In this document: piece after piece, positions 1 through 11,193 of the stretch
Layout of the letters: every line of letters starts with the position of its first letter
How positions within the stretch are numbered: the first letter of the stretch is position 1
Position numbers and translations under genes: made by a program
Notes under the pieces: model-generated
Seen by the model: the letters and a program-made list of their open reading frames with translations, nothing else
Databases searched by the model: none
Told to the model about the DNA's origin: nothing
Assembly: GCA_963719035.1 (NCBI GenBank)
Contig: CAVRAO010000002.1
Span: 576,001-640,000, forward strand
Length of the DNA stretch: 64,000 bases
Source: Methanobacteriota archaeon
Lineage (GTDB): Archaea; Halobacteriota; Bog-38; Methanoflorentales; Methanoflorentaceae
Direction of reading: 5' to 3'

Positions 1-732
1 CAGGAGCTCCGCGATCAGTGGTGGCACGGCCTCATCGACTGCGACGACGACCGTTGAGAGCCCCCGAAAAGCAGCTTCAATAACGCCTTCTGCAGCTGCG
101 TATTGGATCAGCGGAGATATATGAGCCTTTTTTACGGAGACGAGCGCTTCCAAGCCCAGAACTGCGACGGGCTTATTTGTCGCTACCTGTTTAAGCGCTT
201 CGAGGTCCACGGCTGCTGACCCACCGCGTTGAACCCGGGGAACCACGGCGATCGTGACATGGACTCGATCCATTGGGATGATCCCACTTAAATGCTCCAC
301 CCCAACGTCATCCCCCTTGCGCGCATCACCTATCGTCGTCCCGTAAGCACGCGATGCAGTGCTATTGGAATAAAACGCGTGTAGGATCCCATCGCGCATC
401 CTTAGTCCGACTTTGGTTCCGCTGCCGATGTCTTCTTCAGCAATGGCCGTCCAAACGGTCACCTTCCCAACGATGTCCTCCGTGACGTATCGTATGTAAT
501 TGTTAAGCTCGTTAGTCCATTCGATGATAAGCTCAATGCCCGCTTTGGTGACCTCGTATTGCCCGCGCCTATTGAACTTCACGGAGCCGTCCGTTACAAG
601 CTCCTTAAGATACTCAGAGACAGCTTGAGGAGTCACTCCGACCCGGTCGGCAATTTCTTTTTGCCTGATCTTGGGCTGAAGCGCAGCTACTTCTACAAGC
701 ACCTGCATCTTGGTGCTCTTTCCTTTCTTCAT
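1..732 (-). CDS. Winged-helix transcriptional regulator (archaeal COG1497-like), truncated at window edge
   Basis: Manual translation from ATG at 732: MKKGKSTKMQVLVEVAALQPKIRQKEIADRVGVTPQAVSEYLKELV... (HTH). The frame stays open to position 1. Not in the ORF track. Confidence 0.8.
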   Translation of the reverse strand, partial: MKKGKSTKMQVLVEVAALQPKIRQKEIADRVGVTPQAVSEYLKELVTDGSVKFNRRGQYEVTKAGIELIIEWTNELNNYIRYVTEDIVGKVTVWTAIAEEDIGSGTKVGLRMRDGILHAFYSNSTASRAYGTTIGDARKGDDVGVEHLSGIIPMDRVHVTIAVVPRVQRGGSAAVDLEALKQVATNKPVAVLGLEALVSVKKAHISPLIQYAAAEGVIEAAFRGLSTVVVAVDEAVPPLIAELL

Positions 733-747
733 CGGCGCAAAAAAAGA

Positions 748-1266
748 CTATATTTTTGACAGCTCAAATCGATGACCCTTAACTACGAGATGTTGCGATC
801 GCTTGGCGATACCCCTGAGGAAGGTCGGACTCTGATTCAACGTGCGCGAAAGGTTTTGCACGGAACAGTTGCCATTTTTTACCTCGCTTTCCATCGCATC
901 TGCGACATCGCGAAGTGCCTCATCATCAGTGATCGATATCCGAATAAGGTCACAGAGGTCCGAGATGGAACACTGAAAGTCGGCGCGAAGCTTCGAGTAG
1001 CAGGTGTGGTACTCAATCTGCGGCTTGTGCCCGGGCTCAGGCATCCGCCACTTGCTCTCGACAAGACCGGTTTTCTTGAGCATATCGAGGCTATAGAAGA
1101 TATCTTCATGGCATATTTCGTTAAGCTCGGCCTCAGTTCTCCACCCATTGAGTAATGAGCTAAATACCCGCTTATGAGAGTCAGACTTAAAAACTTGCAA
1201 GAGCGGGACCAAATCAGCAGGGTCATTGACTATGCGGGTCCTGTTGTTCATGTGACTACCTCTCAT
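748..1266 (-). CDS. ArsR-family transcriptional regulator (archaeal COG4860-like)
   Basis: RTRIVNDPADLVPLL...GLVESKWRMPEPG motif typical of this methanogen family. Confidence 0.75.
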   Translation of the reverse strand: MRGSHMNNRTRIVNDPADLVPLLQVFKSDSHKRVFSSLLNGWRTEAELNEICHEDIFYSLDMLKKTGLVESKWRMPEPGHKPQIEYHTCYSKLRADFQCSISDLCDLIRISITDDEALRDVADAMESEVKNGNCSVQNLSRTLNQSPTFLRGIAKRSQHLVVKGHRFELSKI

Positions 1267-1370
1267 TATACAACGCTTCTAAGGTAATTAAACCTTTTTG
1301 AACTCCGGAATAGACATTAGTGAGGAGCGCGCTTGTAGAATACAAGACAAATCACGTCAATTTGATTTCG

Positions 1371-3631
1371 ATGAGACCACGAGCGAATAAACGCTCAAGA
1401 GCGAAAATCCGCGTGAAGGGCGTTGTACAAGGGGTCGGCTTTCGACCTTTCGTTTACAAGCACGCCGTCGAGTTGCATCTGACTGGCTACGTCAAGAACC
1501 TCGGCGCCCACGTTGACGTCGACGTCGAGGGATCACACGCTGATATCGTTCGATTGATAGCGTTTCTCAAACAAGGTCCGCCCATATCACGCATCGACGA
1601 CGTTTACGTTGAATGGCACCGCCCGCGTGAATACACCGATTTTTCAATTGCTTCGAGCGGTAAAGGTGAATTTGGCTTCACGTCACCGGATATAGCCATG
1701 TGTGACGATTGTCTCCGCGATTTGAGACAGAGCAGCAGGTACGAAGAGTATTGGGCCACCTCTTGTGTCAACTGCGGGCCACGATTCACCGTCACTGAGC
1801 GACTTCCATACGATCGTGAGACTACCTCAATGGTTGACTTCCCAATGTGCTCCAAATGTGAACAGGAGTACCCGAAACCCACAAGACCGACGGCATCATG
1901 CTCAAACCATCGCGTGTGAACGCTGCGGCCCGACTCTTGCGCTGCTCGATGCCGATTTCAAACGCTTGGATGAGCCAATCCGCACTGCCGGACGACTGCT
2001 ACTTGCAGGCCACGTTCTTGCAATAAAGGGGATCGGCGGATTTCATCTCGCGTGCATCTTTGATTCCGCCGTTAAACTCAAACGGCGTCTAGGGAGACTG
2101 ACACAACCCCTAGCGATTATGGCGCCGAATGAGGCGTGGGTAGAGGATAATCTTCACGTGAATGAAGTGGAGCGCTTCCATCTCACGTCCATCAAACGGC
2201 CTATAATGGTGCTTGACAAACGCGATGAGAGTGCGTTCGGGGAAGTCTCCAATCTCCACAACATAGGTGTAATGCTGCCCTACAGCGGCCTGCACCACCT
2301 CCTCTTTGACATAGTAGATCAACCGCTTATTATGACGAGTGCAAATGCGCCGGGCGAACCGATGATTATTGCCATCGACGACGCACTTGCGAGCTTAAAT
2401 CAAAAAGCAGATTTCTTCCTACTGCACGATCGGCGTATCGTCAACCGCTGTGACGACTCGGTTATAAGGGTGCTCGACCAGCCAGCGTTTATCAGGATGT
2501 CGCGCGGTTATACCCCGACCTCTTTCGCAGTGCCCGTTCAGTACCGATAAGAACATCCTCGCATTGGGGGCTGAGATGAACGCAACGGTGACGACCTATA
2601 AAGATGGACGGTGCTACGTCAGCCAACACGTGGGCAACATCGACAAGCCGAAGACCTTCGATTACCTCGAAGCCTCAGTCCACAACCTCGTCTCCATGAG
2701 CGGTGTCGACGTGAGCGTTATCGCGCATGACTATCATCCGACGTTGCGTTCAACGCGCTTAGCTGCCGAACTCGGGGACACGTATGCCGTTCAGCACCAC
2801 CAAGCGCATATTGCATCGCTCTTTGGCGAGGGAGCGCCTAGAGAACTCATAGGCATCGCTATTGATGGCATAGGTTACGGGTGGGACGGCACCATCTGGG
2901 GTGGGGAGGTGTTTTCACCGACTCTTGAACGGATTGGCAGCCTCATTCCCGTGCCAATGCCAGGCGGGGATTTAGCAACTCGATACCCCATACGAATGGT
3001 CGCTGGCATCCTCCACAGCATTTGCGAAGTCAGCAAGCTAACGTCGACGCTCACTTCGTTAGGTCTGAGTGAAACCGAATCGTCGATTCTTTTGGAGCAA
3101 ATTGAACGGATGGTTAACGTGCCGTTGACCTCAAGCACCGGGCGAGTGCTCGACGCAGTTTCCTTAGTATTAGGTGTATGCCAAAAAAGGACGTATGATG
3201 GAGAGCCCGCAATGACGTTGGAGGGGGTCGCACACTACGGGCATCCCGACATTGCACTTCCCCTCGAAATAGCGACCTACCAAGGACGACAGGTCTTAGA
3301 CACGCGCCCATTACTTGCCGAGGTGCTCCACGCGAAAGAGGAGCGCAAAAGCGTGAAGAACATCGCCGCCTCGGCCCAAGCTACTCTTGCACGAGGCATC
3401 GCAATGATCGCCATGGAAGCAGCAGAATCAGCGGGAATAAAGAACGTCGGATTATCGGGAGGCGTCGCTTACAATAAAGCGATCGTTAAGAGCGTGGGCG
3501 AGCTGTGCGATGCGCACGGCTTCGCACTCTTTACAAACACGAAAGTACCTAGAGGAGATGGAGGGATTTCGTTCGGCCAAGCGGTGCTTACGGCTCTGGT
3601 CAAAAGCGGCGACCACGGTTTGACGCTTTAA
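1371..3631 (+). CDS. hypF: Hydrogenase maturation carbamoyltransferase HypF, split by two +1 frameshifts (~1872, ~2545)
   Basis: Acylphosphatase motif GVVQGVGFRPFVY, zinc fingers CDDC/CVNC/CSKC/CERC, HHQAH and DGGISFGQ are spread over ORFs 1320-1919, 1765-2550 and 2564-3631. Removing one C at each junction restores a single frame. Confidence 0.93.
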
Positions 3632-3734
3632 AATACGTAATTTACTGCGAATTAACTATAATAACACTTTCTCGCGCGTTGCCCAGTAGGCGTCTCCAAG
3701 AGGGGCTATGAGCCTTTTTGGTTCCCCTTTTTGC

Positions 3735-4565
3735 TCAGAAGCCACCAATAATGTAAGCGAGTAAAACGATGAACATTCCGTACTTAATGATGGCCGATGC
3801 TCTTGAAGGAGCGCTCCACGACAGCAATAGACCATATAGCAGAATCAAATCAGCTACTATGATGATTCCTAGGTATGCGGGACCTAGAATTGAAATGATG
3901 TAAGGAAGTGGACTGATAGCAACGGCAGCAAGCATAAAAATCGTCGCCACCGCGAGAGATTGGGAGACCCCATAACGGATAGGCATCGTCGACGCTCCTA
4001 CTCGCTTATCTCCTGGGAGATCCTCGACGTCTTTAACGATTTCGCGCGACGTGATCGCCAACATTGCGCTCAAAAAGAGCATCCCCGGAAGAAAAAATGC
4101 AGATACCGCTGCCCCTCCAAAGAGAAAGACTGACCCGGTCAGGTACCCAACGAGCAGGTTGCCAACAAGAGCAGATCGCTTCAGTTTCCACGAATAAAAC
4201 ACTAGGAGTGCGGCGTTCAACGTAGCGAGTCCAAGACATATAGGGTTTATAAACAAAGCGACTGCAACGCCGAAAAGCGTAAGCGTGATCGCGTAGAGCA
4301 GTGCATCCCTCTGTGTAATCCGTCCGCTTGGGAGGGCGCGGCGAGGCTTGTTGACCTTATCAATCGCAACGTCAAAGTAATCGTTAATGACGTTCCCGCC
4401 TGCGGCCACGAGAAATACAGCGACAAACACTAGAACGCTAGGGCCGATGACCCTGAAAGAGAGCGTCGTTTTGCTTACTAAGATGCCGATAAGCGCGGCA
4501 GATGCTGCCATGAGGCAGTTCGCAGGTCGTATCTCATCAAAATACTCGTAGATTCGTGCTCGCAT
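3735..4565 (-). CDS. Digeranylgeranylglyceryl phosphate synthase (UbiA family)
   Basis: IRPANC, NDYFDVAIDKVNKPRRALPSG and REIVKDVEDLPGD motifs. Likely start is the ATG at 4565. Confidence 0.9.
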   Translation of the reverse strand: MRARIYEYFDEIRPANCLMAASAALIGILVSKTTLSFRVIGPSVLVFVAVFLVAAGGNVINDYFDVAIDKVNKPRRALPSGRITQRDALLYAITLTLFGVAVALFINPICLGLATLNAALLVFYSWKLKRSALVGNLLVGYLTGSVFLFGGAAVSAFFLPGMLFLSAMLAITSREIVKDVEDLPGDKRVGASTMPIRYGVSQSLAVATIFMLAAVAISPLPYIISILGPAYLGIIIVADLILLYGLLLSWSAPSRASAIIKYGMFIVLLAYIIGGF

Positions 4566-4605
4566 AAGCCTGGCACACCAAGTTTCCTTCGATCTGAATG
4601 GATTG

Positions 4606-5400
4606 TCACGTTCCAAGCTTAACCGGATCGATGATTCTCTTAAGAGTCGCAACCGCCGAGTATGCGGCGAGTTTGCTCGTGCGCTTATTTTCGGTCGGAA
4701 CGTTTTCAAATCGGGCGGTAAACGTTCCAAACTCCCCTTCAACCACGACTACGTGCACATTACGAGTGTACGTTGGATCGACCGCGATGCGAACGATCGT
4801 TTTCTCGAATCCAACTCCCGCCAAAGCAAGCGTAGCCGAGACGTTAATATTCTGCGGAAACCCTGCAATCGCCTCGTCAGCTGTTCCTTCGAATATGGGA
4901 CCAGGGCGTGTCAAATTCACGTCATTGTTTAAAACGTAAGGAGCGGTTTCAAGGCCCTTAGGAGGCTTGGTTGTCGTGAGCGTCACCCGATTAATTGCTC
5001 CCTGCGATGCCGCAAGAAGTGCGTCAATGCCCCCAATAGCGCCTGAAGGGATGTATAAGCAGCACTTGTTTGCGCGCGCCGCTGTATATACACGTTGGCG
5101 AAAGCCCGCGTCAACCAGCGCACCAACACTGAGTATCATCAGATCCTTGCCCTTAGGTAACACGCTAAGCGCAATTTCGCGCGCTGCCTGGACGGAGGCA
5201 CATTCAACGACGAGATCGGAGCCGTCAACGATCTGCTGCAACGATACGACAGCAGTCGCAGCGGCGCTCACGTCTGCCAGATGTTGTGCACGATCAAGGT
5301 GCCTATCCATCAATAGCAGTTCACCCTGGAAGCTGTCAGCGTTTAACGCGCGACAAATTTCGCTTCCCATGGCGCCACATCCAACGATTCCAATGATCAT
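4606..5400 (-). CDS. nadX: L-aspartate dehydrogenase
   Basis: GIVGCGAMG Rossmann fold, PSGAIGGID, FPQNINV, RNVH, TSKLAAYS. Divergent from nadC. Confidence 0.92.
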   Translation of the reverse strand: MIIGIVGCGAMGSEICRALNADSFQGELLLMDRHLDRAQHLADVSAAATAVVSLQQIVDGSDLVVECASVQAAREIALSVLPKGKDLMILSVGALVDAGFRQRVYTAARANKCCLYIPSGAIGGIDALLAASQGAINRVTLTTTKPPKGLETAPYVLNNDVNLTRPGPIFEGTADEAIAGFPQNINVSATLALAGVGFEKTIVRIAVDPTYTRNVHVVVVEGEFGTFTARFENVPTENKRTSKLAAYSAVATLKRIIDPVKLGT

Positions 5401-5448
5401 GTTGAAATCCTTTAAGGTAGTTAAGATAGAAAAGCGTATGGTGATCCT

Positions 5449-6261
5449 TTGAATTCACGCGACATTGAGAGATTTTTAGCTGAGGATAAAGGATTTGGCG
5501 ATATAACGACCGCCCTCCTTCCTGACATCGATGGGTCTGCCGACATCGTTACGCACGAAGACGGAATCATAGCAGGGTTGTCAGAGGCAGAAAGCATTTT
5601 CACCTACTACAATCTTGTTACGGCTCCACTCTGCTGTGACGGAGACGCAATCAAAAAAGGAGATACGATTATGCACATCGTAGGACGCGTCAGGGATATC
5701 CTCGTCGCTGAACGGGTTGCGTTAAACTTCCTAAGCAGTATGAGTGGGATCGCTACCGCTACGCGCCGTTGTGTGCAAGCCGCTGGCGGTGTAACGATCG
5801 CCGCGAGCCGAAAGACGACGCCGGGCTTCCGTCGTTATGAGAAAAAGGCTGTCGCGCTCGGCGGAGGCGACCCGCACCGCTATACACTCTCGGAGTCTTA
5901 TCTGTTCAAGGACAACCACCTGCAAGTGATCTCTATAGAAGAGGCTTTGCAGAAAAAAGCGTTCTTCACAAAGAAAGTGGAAGTCGAAGTCGAGTCCGTC
6001 GACCAGTGCGTTAAAGCAGCACGGCTTGGTGCAGACATTATCATGCTCGACAACATGGGCGTTGAGGAGATCACTACGGCAATCAACAAATTAAAGGAGC
6101 TCGGTCTACGCGGTAACGTGTTGCTTGAGGCTTCTGGTGGTATTAGGCCTGAAAACGTCGAGGAGTACGCCGCTACAGGAGTTGACGTTTTGTCTCTCGG
6201 TTACCTGACTCACTCGTCGCCGTGGTTAGATTTCAGCCTTGAACTGCGAACACAGGACTAA
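5449..6261 (+). CDS. nadC: Quinolinate phosphoribosyltransferase
   Basis: SRKTTPG, HRYTLS, KDNH, EVEVE, MLDN, EASGGI motifs. Confidence 0.95.
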   Translation: MNSRDIERFLAEDKGFGDITTALLPDIDGSADIVTHEDGIIAGLSEAESIFTYYNLVTAPLCCDGDAIKKGDTIMHIVGRVRDILVAERVALNFLSSMSGIATATRRCVQAAGGVTIAASRKTTPGFRRYEKKAVALGGGDPHRYTLSESYLFKDNHLQVISIEEALQKKAFFTKKVEVEVESVDQCVKAARLGADIIMLDNMGVEEITTAINKLKELGLRGNVLLEASGGIRPENVEEYAATGVDVLSLGYLTHSSPWLDFSLELRTQD

Positions 6262-7439
6262 ACAAGCGAGGTCGCTATCATATTCACCGATTCAACTAAC
6301 GTTTCGACCTCTTCAACTGTATTGTACGCCCCGAATGATGCCCGTATAGTCCCTTTGATGCCAAGAGACTCCAAGGCGGGCATCGCACAGTGGTAACCGC
6401 TTCTTGTGCAAATCGAAGCGGTCTCATCGAGGATCATTGAGACGTCGTGTGGGTTCAGCTGTCCCACATTGAAGGAAACTACTCCCGCACGGTCTTTTGG
6501 CCCGTAGACCGTCACATTGTCAATTTCAGCTAGTTTTTGGGCAGCGACCCGAGCGAGATTCGCGACGTGTTTTTCGACATTCGCAACGCCAAGCGTGTTC
6601 ACATATTCAACAGATCGCCCAAGGCCGATAATGCCTGGTATATTTGGGGTCCCCGCTTCGAAACGGGCGGGGGGTTCAAGCAGTTCGTATTCGCAACCAC
6701 GCACCCATTCAACTGCGCCGCCCCCCAATATAGTCGGGCGCAGCCCCTCAGGATCTTGAAGGATCAGGATACCCGTCCCTTGCGGGCCAAGCAACCCCTT
6801 GTGCCCGGGCACCGCCAGAAAGTCGCAACGTAAATCTTTCGCGGACATGCGAAGGTGGCCGGCGGACTGTGCTGCGTCTATCAACACTGGTATGTCATTT
6901 CTTCGTCCAATCTTTATGACGTGGTTTATGTCTTGAATGGAGCCAAAGACGTTTGACACGTGAGAGAGGGTGATCAGCTTAGTTCGGTCAGTAATGGCCG
7001 TGTCAATCCGAGCGGGATCGATGATGCCTTCTTTATTCGATTCAACCACATCGAGTATAACCCCGTGCGTACAGAGAGAGACCCACGGGAGGTAGTTGGA
7101 ATGGTGTTCAATCGTTGACGTTATGATGTGGTCTCCAAGCGCCCACTCTAGCCCATGCGCGACGATGTTGATGCTTTCCGTCGTATTCTTGGTAAAGATG
7201 ACGTTCGTAGGTTCACACGAAAAAAAGTCAGACACGGTTTCGCGGCTGTTTTCGTAGCGCTCGGTTGTCTGTCGAGCAAGTCGGTGTGCGCCCCTTCCGT
7301 AATTGCCTGCATAGACGAAGAAGTACTCGTTTATCGCTTCTACTGCGGGTTTTGGTGTCTGGCTTGTGGCAGCGTTATCAAGGTAAATGACGCGCTCAAG
7401 AACTGGGAAATCCGTCCGTATCGCGTTAACATCGTACAT
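6258..7439 (-). CDS. Cysteine desulfurase (SufS/CsdA-like, PLP)
   Basis: YLDNAATSQ, EHHSN, PGHKGLLGPQG, FEAGTP, RSGYHCA. Confidence 0.9.
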   Translation of the reverse strand: MYDVNAIRTDFPVLERVIYLDNAATSQTPKPAVEAINEYFFVYAGNYGRGAHRLARQTTERYENSRETVSDFFSCEPTNVIFTKNTTESINIVAHGLEWALGDHIITSTIEHHSNYLPWVSLCTHGVILDVVESNKEGIIDPARIDTAITDRTKLITLSHVSNVFGSIQDINHVIKIGRRNDIPVLIDAAQSAGHLRMSAKDLRCDFLAVPGHKGLLGPQGTGILILQDPEGLRPTILGGGAVEWVRGCEYELLEPPARFEAGTPNIPGIIGLGRSVEYVNTLGVANVEKHVANLARVAAQKLAEIDNVTVYGPKDRAGVVSFNVGQLNPHDVSMILDETASICTRSGYHCAMPALESLGIKGTIRASFGAYNTVEEVETLVESVNMIATSLV

Positions 7440-7573
7440 CAGGAGTAAATAGTGGGTGACCTGAATAGCTTTTGCGGTAACCGAATATTGCGCTTCCTAA
7501 TGTCTTAAGTCAGTGTAATCGTCCTAGGTGTAAGCGGCAGTCTCAAGTACGGAACCGGCCCACCATACATCTA

Positions 7574-7969
7574 ATGCACAAAAATCCCGCGCTCACGGTT
7601 GACGCTGTTATCGTGGAAGACGGAAAAATCCTGCTGATCAAAAGGAAGAATGAACCTTTTCAAGGACAATACGCATTGCCAGGCGGATTTGTAGAATATG
7701 GTGAAACCGTTGAAGCGGCGCTCCGAAGAGAAGTCCTCGAGGAGACGGGACTCGTTGTCGACGTATGCTCGCTCGTAGGCATCTACTCAGACCCACATCG
7801 CGACCCTCGAGGGCACGTCGTTTCTGCAGCGTTCGCTGCCGTTATCGTCAGAGGCGAGTTAGCAGGCGGTTCCGACGCAGCAGAAGCAAATTTTTGGGAG
7901 ATCGCGAATTTACCACCTCTTGCGTTTGACCACGCGCAGATTATACGCGATGCGCTTCGAAGTCACTAG
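7574..7969 (+). CDS. NUDIX hydrolase (ADP-ribose pyrophosphatase-like)
   Basis: Nudix box GGFVEYGETVEAALRREVLEETG, RDPRGH, LAFDH. Confidence 0.9.
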   Translation: MHKNPALTVDAVIVEDGKILLIKRKNEPFQGQYALPGGFVEYGETVEAALRREVLEETGLVVDVCSLVGIYSDPHRDPRGHVVSAAFAAVIVRGELAGGSDAAEANFWEIANLPPLAFDHAQIIRDALRSH

Positions 7970-8823
7970 CGCACTTCGAGAGCTTTCTTTATTAACGGCG
8001 CGACGCTGATGACACTCTCAGCTCTCTCGATAGTATCGGTCGCTATGATGCTGTCCACCCCTGCGCTGTACAAGCGAAGCCGCGCGTTAAGAGAGAGCAC
8101 AGGATGGATGCACGCAACGTGCACTTGTCGGGCTCCCTGTCCTCGCAAAAGCTTAATGGCTTCTGCCATAGTGCCGCCTGTTGAAATCATGTCGTCAACC
8201 ACGACAACGTCGCGGCCGTCAACGTGCACCGTCTTGGGTTGGATCTCAACGTGCTCAGGCGTGACTCGCTTCTTTACGAGCACGTCGAATTCACAACCCA
8301 TAGCCTTAGAGACGTCACTTACCAGCGCGGTTGCGCCCTCATCAGGGGCGATTAGCAGCGGCGACGTGAACTCCATACTCTCCAGGTGCTTGCCAATCAG
8401 GCCAGCTGCGGAAAGGTTCACTGGCTTTTTTCTGCTTCTGAGATGAAAATGATTCAGAGAAGCAGGATCGTGGATATTTACCACGTAAGATTCGTCAGCG
8501 TCAATCGCCTGTGCAATGGCGCGGGCACTGATCGGTTCTCCGAGCTTAAATCGTTTGTCTTGCCGCGCATAGCCAAAATAAGGGATGACAACTCTCAGAT
8601 AACCGTCCGAGGCGGCATCGATGAGCTGAAGGAGGTATATAATATCATCATTGGTCGTGGTGCTCTGGACGATGAGCGTATCGCCGTCGAGCTCTTCTGC
8701 AATGCGCAAGTACAGTTCTCCATCGGGAAACTGCTTGAATTCAACTATGGCTAGATCGCAACTGATCTCTCGTGCAACGCGCGAACCTAGCAATTGCGAA
8801 GCGGGACCGCCTAAGACCTTCAT
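7966..8823 (-). CDS. prs: Ribose-phosphate pyrophosphokinase
   Basis: FPDGE, PYFGYARQDK, VVDDMISTGGT. Confidence 0.95.
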   Translation of the reverse strand: MKVLGGPASQLLGSRVAREISCDLAIVEFKQFPDGELYLRIAEELDGDTLIVQSTTTNDDIIYLLQLIDAASDGYLRVVIPYFGYARQDKRFKLGEPISARAIAQAIDADESYVVNIHDPASLNHFHLRSRKKPVNLSAAGLIGKHLESMEFTSPLLIAPDEGATALVSDVSKAMGCEFDVLVKKRVTPEHVEIQPKTVHVDGRDVVVVDDMISTGGTMAEAIKLLRGQGARQVHVACIHPVLSLNARLRLYSAGVDSIIATDTIERAESVISVAPLIKKALEVR

Positions 8824-8932
8824 GTTACCTCCTGCAATGCGTGCTCTACCTATGAACCAAACATAGATAAGTCACTCTATCTACTTCACCAAAAACATCG
8901 CGTTCGTCCCGATTACTAAACCCGTTACGCGT

Positions 8933-9553
8933 TTATGATTGGACGACCACGGTATGTGCGACACGATCTCCCAAACGTTGTTTATCCTCAGATGACCAGA
9001 TAAGAACCGCCGCTAGGAGATATGGAGCAATGAAAGGGATCAAATCGATGATGCGCAGTATCGTGCGTGTTGCCGCCTCTGCATAGGAGATTGATGAATG
9101 ATCTTCCTTTCTCACGACTTTGATCTTAACGACCATTTTGCCGACAGTCTGCCCGTTCCATCCTTCGAGCACCGTAAAATAGAGGAATGCGATAATAACG
9201 TCGATCAGCATTAGTAACCCAAAGAGCGGACTTATTGTCACTTGCGCAGTTGCCGCGTCAATAGTGATTGTTCCCGCACCGGTGAAGCCTAGTAACCAAA
9301 AAACAACACCGAGGATGATGACATCAACGAGTTGCGCGACAAAGCGGATCGTGACGCCTTGGTAAGGCAGTACAGTAACAAAAGCTGTGGGTGGTTCGAC
9401 TCGTAGTGAGGGATTGTACGTCGGAGGGCCTTGTGGCTGCTGCTCGATCGGCGACGTTTTGCGCTTCAATGCCTCGCCACAGGCCACGCAGTACTCAGCG
9501 CCAGGGGAGGCAAGAGTGCCGCACAGACCACATTTTTCTTCGTCCACATCCAC
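8933..9553 (-). CDS. Zinc-ribbon + RDD family membrane protein, paralog 1
   Basis: CxxCG...CxxCG N-terminus; RFVAQLVD, GQTVGKM, QRLGDRVAHTVVV. GTG start follows a GAGGTGA RBS. Confidence 0.88.
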   Translation of the reverse strand: MDVDEEKCGLCGTLASPGAEYCVACGEALKRKTSPIEQQPQGPPTYNPSLRVEPPTAFVTVLPYQGVTIRFVAQLVDVIILGVVFWLLGFTGAGTITIDAATAQVTISPLFGLLMLIDVIIAFLYFTVLEGWNGQTVGKMVVKIKVVRKEDHSSISYAEAATRTILRIIDLIPFIAPYLLAAVLIWSSEDKQRLGDRVAHTVVVQS

Positions 9554-9585
9554 GTTTTTCACCTCGTTTGCTCTTGCTAAGCGAC

Positions 9586-9612
9586 AGGGCGAGCATTCCT
9601 TTTAACCTTTTC
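9586..9612 (-). promoter_or_regulatory. BRE/TATA with downstream inverted repeat, RDD paralog 1
   Basis: Minus strand reads AAAAGG-TTAAAA-GGAATGCTCGCCCT. The same arrangement recurs at ~10327-10354 and ~11194-11221. Confidence 0.6.
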
Positions 9613-9708
9613 TTATCATTTATCCTAAAATTGTATTTGCACCGCGCGATCTGACGCGAAGCGAATTTAACGTGACTCAATTGAAAAAAAGAAGAGGGGC
9701 CTTAGCCC

Positions 9709-10299
9709 CTATTGTGCTCGCACTACGATTGTGTGTGCAACGCGATCGCCGAGACGCTGTTTCTTGTCTGATGACCAGATCAGGATTGCCCCGATGAGGT
9801 ATATGAAGATCCCGTCGATGATACGAAGGATCGTCCTTACAGCAGCCGCCCCATAGTCGATGGGTGAGCCGTCCGCCTCTCTAACAACCCTGAGCTTGAC
9901 TACCATTTTGCCGACAGTCTGCCCACCGTGACCCTCGAGCAGGGTAAAGTAGAGGAAAACGATTACCAGCTCCAAAGCGAGGATCGCCCAGTAAGTCGAC
10001 GTAATCGTAGCTGTGTTAGTTACTTGATCGACAGTAATAGCTGATCCGCCAAAGAGAGCAAAGAGTATGCTGCCGATAATCCCCAAAATAATACCATCAA
10101 TGAGAATCGCTACAAAACGGATGCCGACGCCCTGATACTGCATTTCGGCGCCTTGCGCTGCATACGTTGGAGCGGGCTGCGTCATAGCTGAACCTTCAAC
10201 TGGTTGTGACGCGGCGGCTAGCGGTGCGCCACAGCTCTCGCAAAATTTGGCATCTGATACAGCGGGAGTGCCGCACTGTGCACATTTTTCTCCTTCCAC
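9709..10299 (-). CDS. Zinc-ribbon + RDD family membrane protein, paralog 2
   Basis: Same motifs as paralog 1; GGAGGTGA RBS. Confidence 0.88.
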   Translation of the reverse strand: MEGEKCAQCGTPAVSDAKFCESCGAPLAAASQPVEGSAMTQPAPTYAAQGAEMQYQGVGIRFVAILIDGIILGIIGSILFALFGGSAITVDQVTNTATITSTYWAILALELVIVFLYFTLLEGHGGQTVGKMVVKLRVVREADGSPIDYGAAAVRTILRIIDGIFIYLIGAILIWSSDKKQRLGDRVAHTIVVRAQ

Positions 10300-10326
10300 G
10301 TTTTTCACCTCCTTTTTTTAAATAAT

Positions 10327-10354
10327 AGGGCTAACATTCCTTTTTAACCTTTTT
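10327..10354 (-). promoter_or_regulatory. BRE/TATA with downstream inverted repeat, RDD paralog 2
   Basis: Minus strand reads AAAAAGG-TTAAAAA-GGAATGTTAGCCCT. Confidence 0.6.
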
Positions 10355-10558
10355 CTTTCAAACCAACGCCGCAGCGAATTTTGACTTTTTAACTCATCGG
10401 GACTACTGCGCTTGGTCGTTAAGAAGCGCCTGTCATGACCGTCTATACCTCCAACACCAAAATGGCTGTGAGAAGAAAGGCGTTATCCGCTCCTTCTTCA
10501 ACAAAATGTAAAATCAAGAGCTCAACGCTATCCGTAAAAAGGGAGGGGCTACACCCCT

Positions 10559-11164
10559 TTACGCTTTTACTACTACCGTATGCCCTACACGATCGCCTAA
10601 GCGCTGCTTTTCTTCTGAAGACCAGATCAGGATAGCACCGAGTAGGTAGGGGATAAAGTACGGAATCTCGTCGAGAAATCGGAGGATCGTCCGGACTGCA
10701 GCTTGCGAGTAATCAATTGGTGCCCCATCTGCTTCTCGCACAACTTTGATCTTCACTGCCATCTTCCCGACGGTCTGCCCGTAATGCCCTTCGAGCAAGG
10801 TAAAGTACAACATAAATACCGCGAGGGAAACGAGCCCGCCCAAAACACCGGCAAACGAAAAGGTGACCGTACCGGATGCACTGTTAGTTATGACGGCGAA
10901 CGCGTTGAAGGGAGCTGACAATATGCTCGCGATGATCGCTATGATAACGGTATCGATAAGTATCGCGACAAAGCGAATGGCGACCCCTTGGTAGGGTGTC
11001 TGGGTATATGGCACGTACACACGAGGTGCCTGATACCCGGGCGCGGGAGCGAATGCAGGGGCAGAATGAACTGGTTTGACGGTAAGAGCCGCGCCACAAC
11101 CCTCGCAATATTTGGCGCCGGGTGACGTCACAGTGCCACACTGTGCGCATTGATTCTCGTCCAC
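10559..11164 (-). CDS. Zinc-ribbon + RDD family membrane protein, paralog 3
   Basis: Same motifs as paralog 1. Confidence 0.88.
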   Translation of the reverse strand: MDENQCAQCGTVTSPGAKYCEGCGAALTVKPVHSAPAFAPAPGYQAPRVYVPYTQTPYQGVAIRFVAILIDTVIIAIIASILSAPFNAFAVITNSASGTVTFSFAGVLGGLVSLAVFMLYFTLLEGHYGQTVGKMAVKIKVVREADGAPIDYSQAAVRTILRFLDEIPYFIPYLLGAILIWSSEEKQRLGDRVGHTVVVKA

Positions 11165-11193
11165 GTTTTTTTCACTTCCTTTAACTAAATCAT

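Noticed and set aside
4606-8823. nadX-nadC-desulfurase-NUDIX-prs cluster as a novel NAD pathway
   Set aside because: These are ordinary housekeeping genes in alternating orientations.
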